A stretch of 35,327 bases of DNA from a virus (lineage: Duplodnaviria; Heunggongvirae; Uroviricota; Caudoviricetes). A program made the position numbers and the translations under genes. Location of the stretch: IMG/VR virus record IMGVR_UViG_2563366875_000005; one strand, given 5' to 3'. Under the pieces are notes generated by a model. That model saw only the letters and a list, made by a program, of their open reading frames with translations. It did not search any database and was not told where the DNA came from. Shown piece by piece: positions 35,010 through 35,327 of this stretch (the first letter of the stretch is position 1; each line of letters opens with the position of its first letter).

Positions 35010-35327
35010 TCACTCTCCACATTTGAATGTCAGACGAGCGACGCCATGTAATCCTGCACCTTCTGTCTTCAGGTCAACTATCTGCATTTTTTTGCCCTGA
35101 GTAACACAGAAATGGGCTGCATCATTTTTTACTATATTTTCTGCACCAGATATTCTGCCCCTGGCTAAAGAAGCTTCGGCTTCGGTGTAGTATTGGTTAT
35201 CGAGTTTACGCTGAATATTACTTTTATATGCAAGACCAAATTTACCGATACTTGTCTCATCATTATGCACAGCACAACCAGACACAATAAAAATACTAAT
35301 TAATGATATAGCAGCTATCTTTTTCAT
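35010..35327 (-). CDS. yegR: Small lipoprotein, YegR-like (host gene)
   Basis: 105 aa, MKKIAAISLISIFIVSGC... with lipobox Cys; the position after the cyaR/P2 site and the length match yegR of K-12 from memory. Confidence 0.6.
   Translation of the reverse strand: MKKIAAISLISIFIVSGCAVHNDETSIGKFGLAYKSNIQRKLDNQYYTEAEASLARGRISGAENIVKNDAAHFCVTQGKKMQIVDLKTEGAGLHGVARLTFKCGE

Overview
This window is an E. coli-like chromosomal segment carrying a complete P2-family temperate myovirus prophage of about 33.3 kb, integrated into the 3' end of the cyaR sRNA gene. It sits between host yegQ (1-1362) and a yegR-like lipoprotein gene (35010-35327) and is bounded by a 28-bp direct repeat (1507-1534 and 34825-34852). 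Gene order is canonical P2 in reversed orientation: ogr, D-U-T-E/E'-FII-FI, a cargo island at the Z/fun position, G-H-I-J-W-V, S-R-lysCBA-K-Y-X-L-M-N-O, P-Q, cos, a second cargo island at the tin/old position, then A and the early genes, B, cox, C and int. Both cargo islands are visibly AT-rich by eye (not computed). The most interesting candidate is island 1 (8.2-11.4 kb): a translationally coupled pair encoding a small multi-pass membrane protein and a membrane-anchored protein with a C-terminal NDT/TIR-like (SLOG-fold) domain, followed by a 724-bp ORF-free gap and a separate 252-aa gene bracketed by GC-rich hairpins. Island 2 (25.8-29.0 kb) is a single ~1011-aa protein with an N-terminal SIR2 domain, most like a DSR2-type defence sirtuin. 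All family assignments are from reading the translations and from memory of P2 biology; no database search or computation was run.
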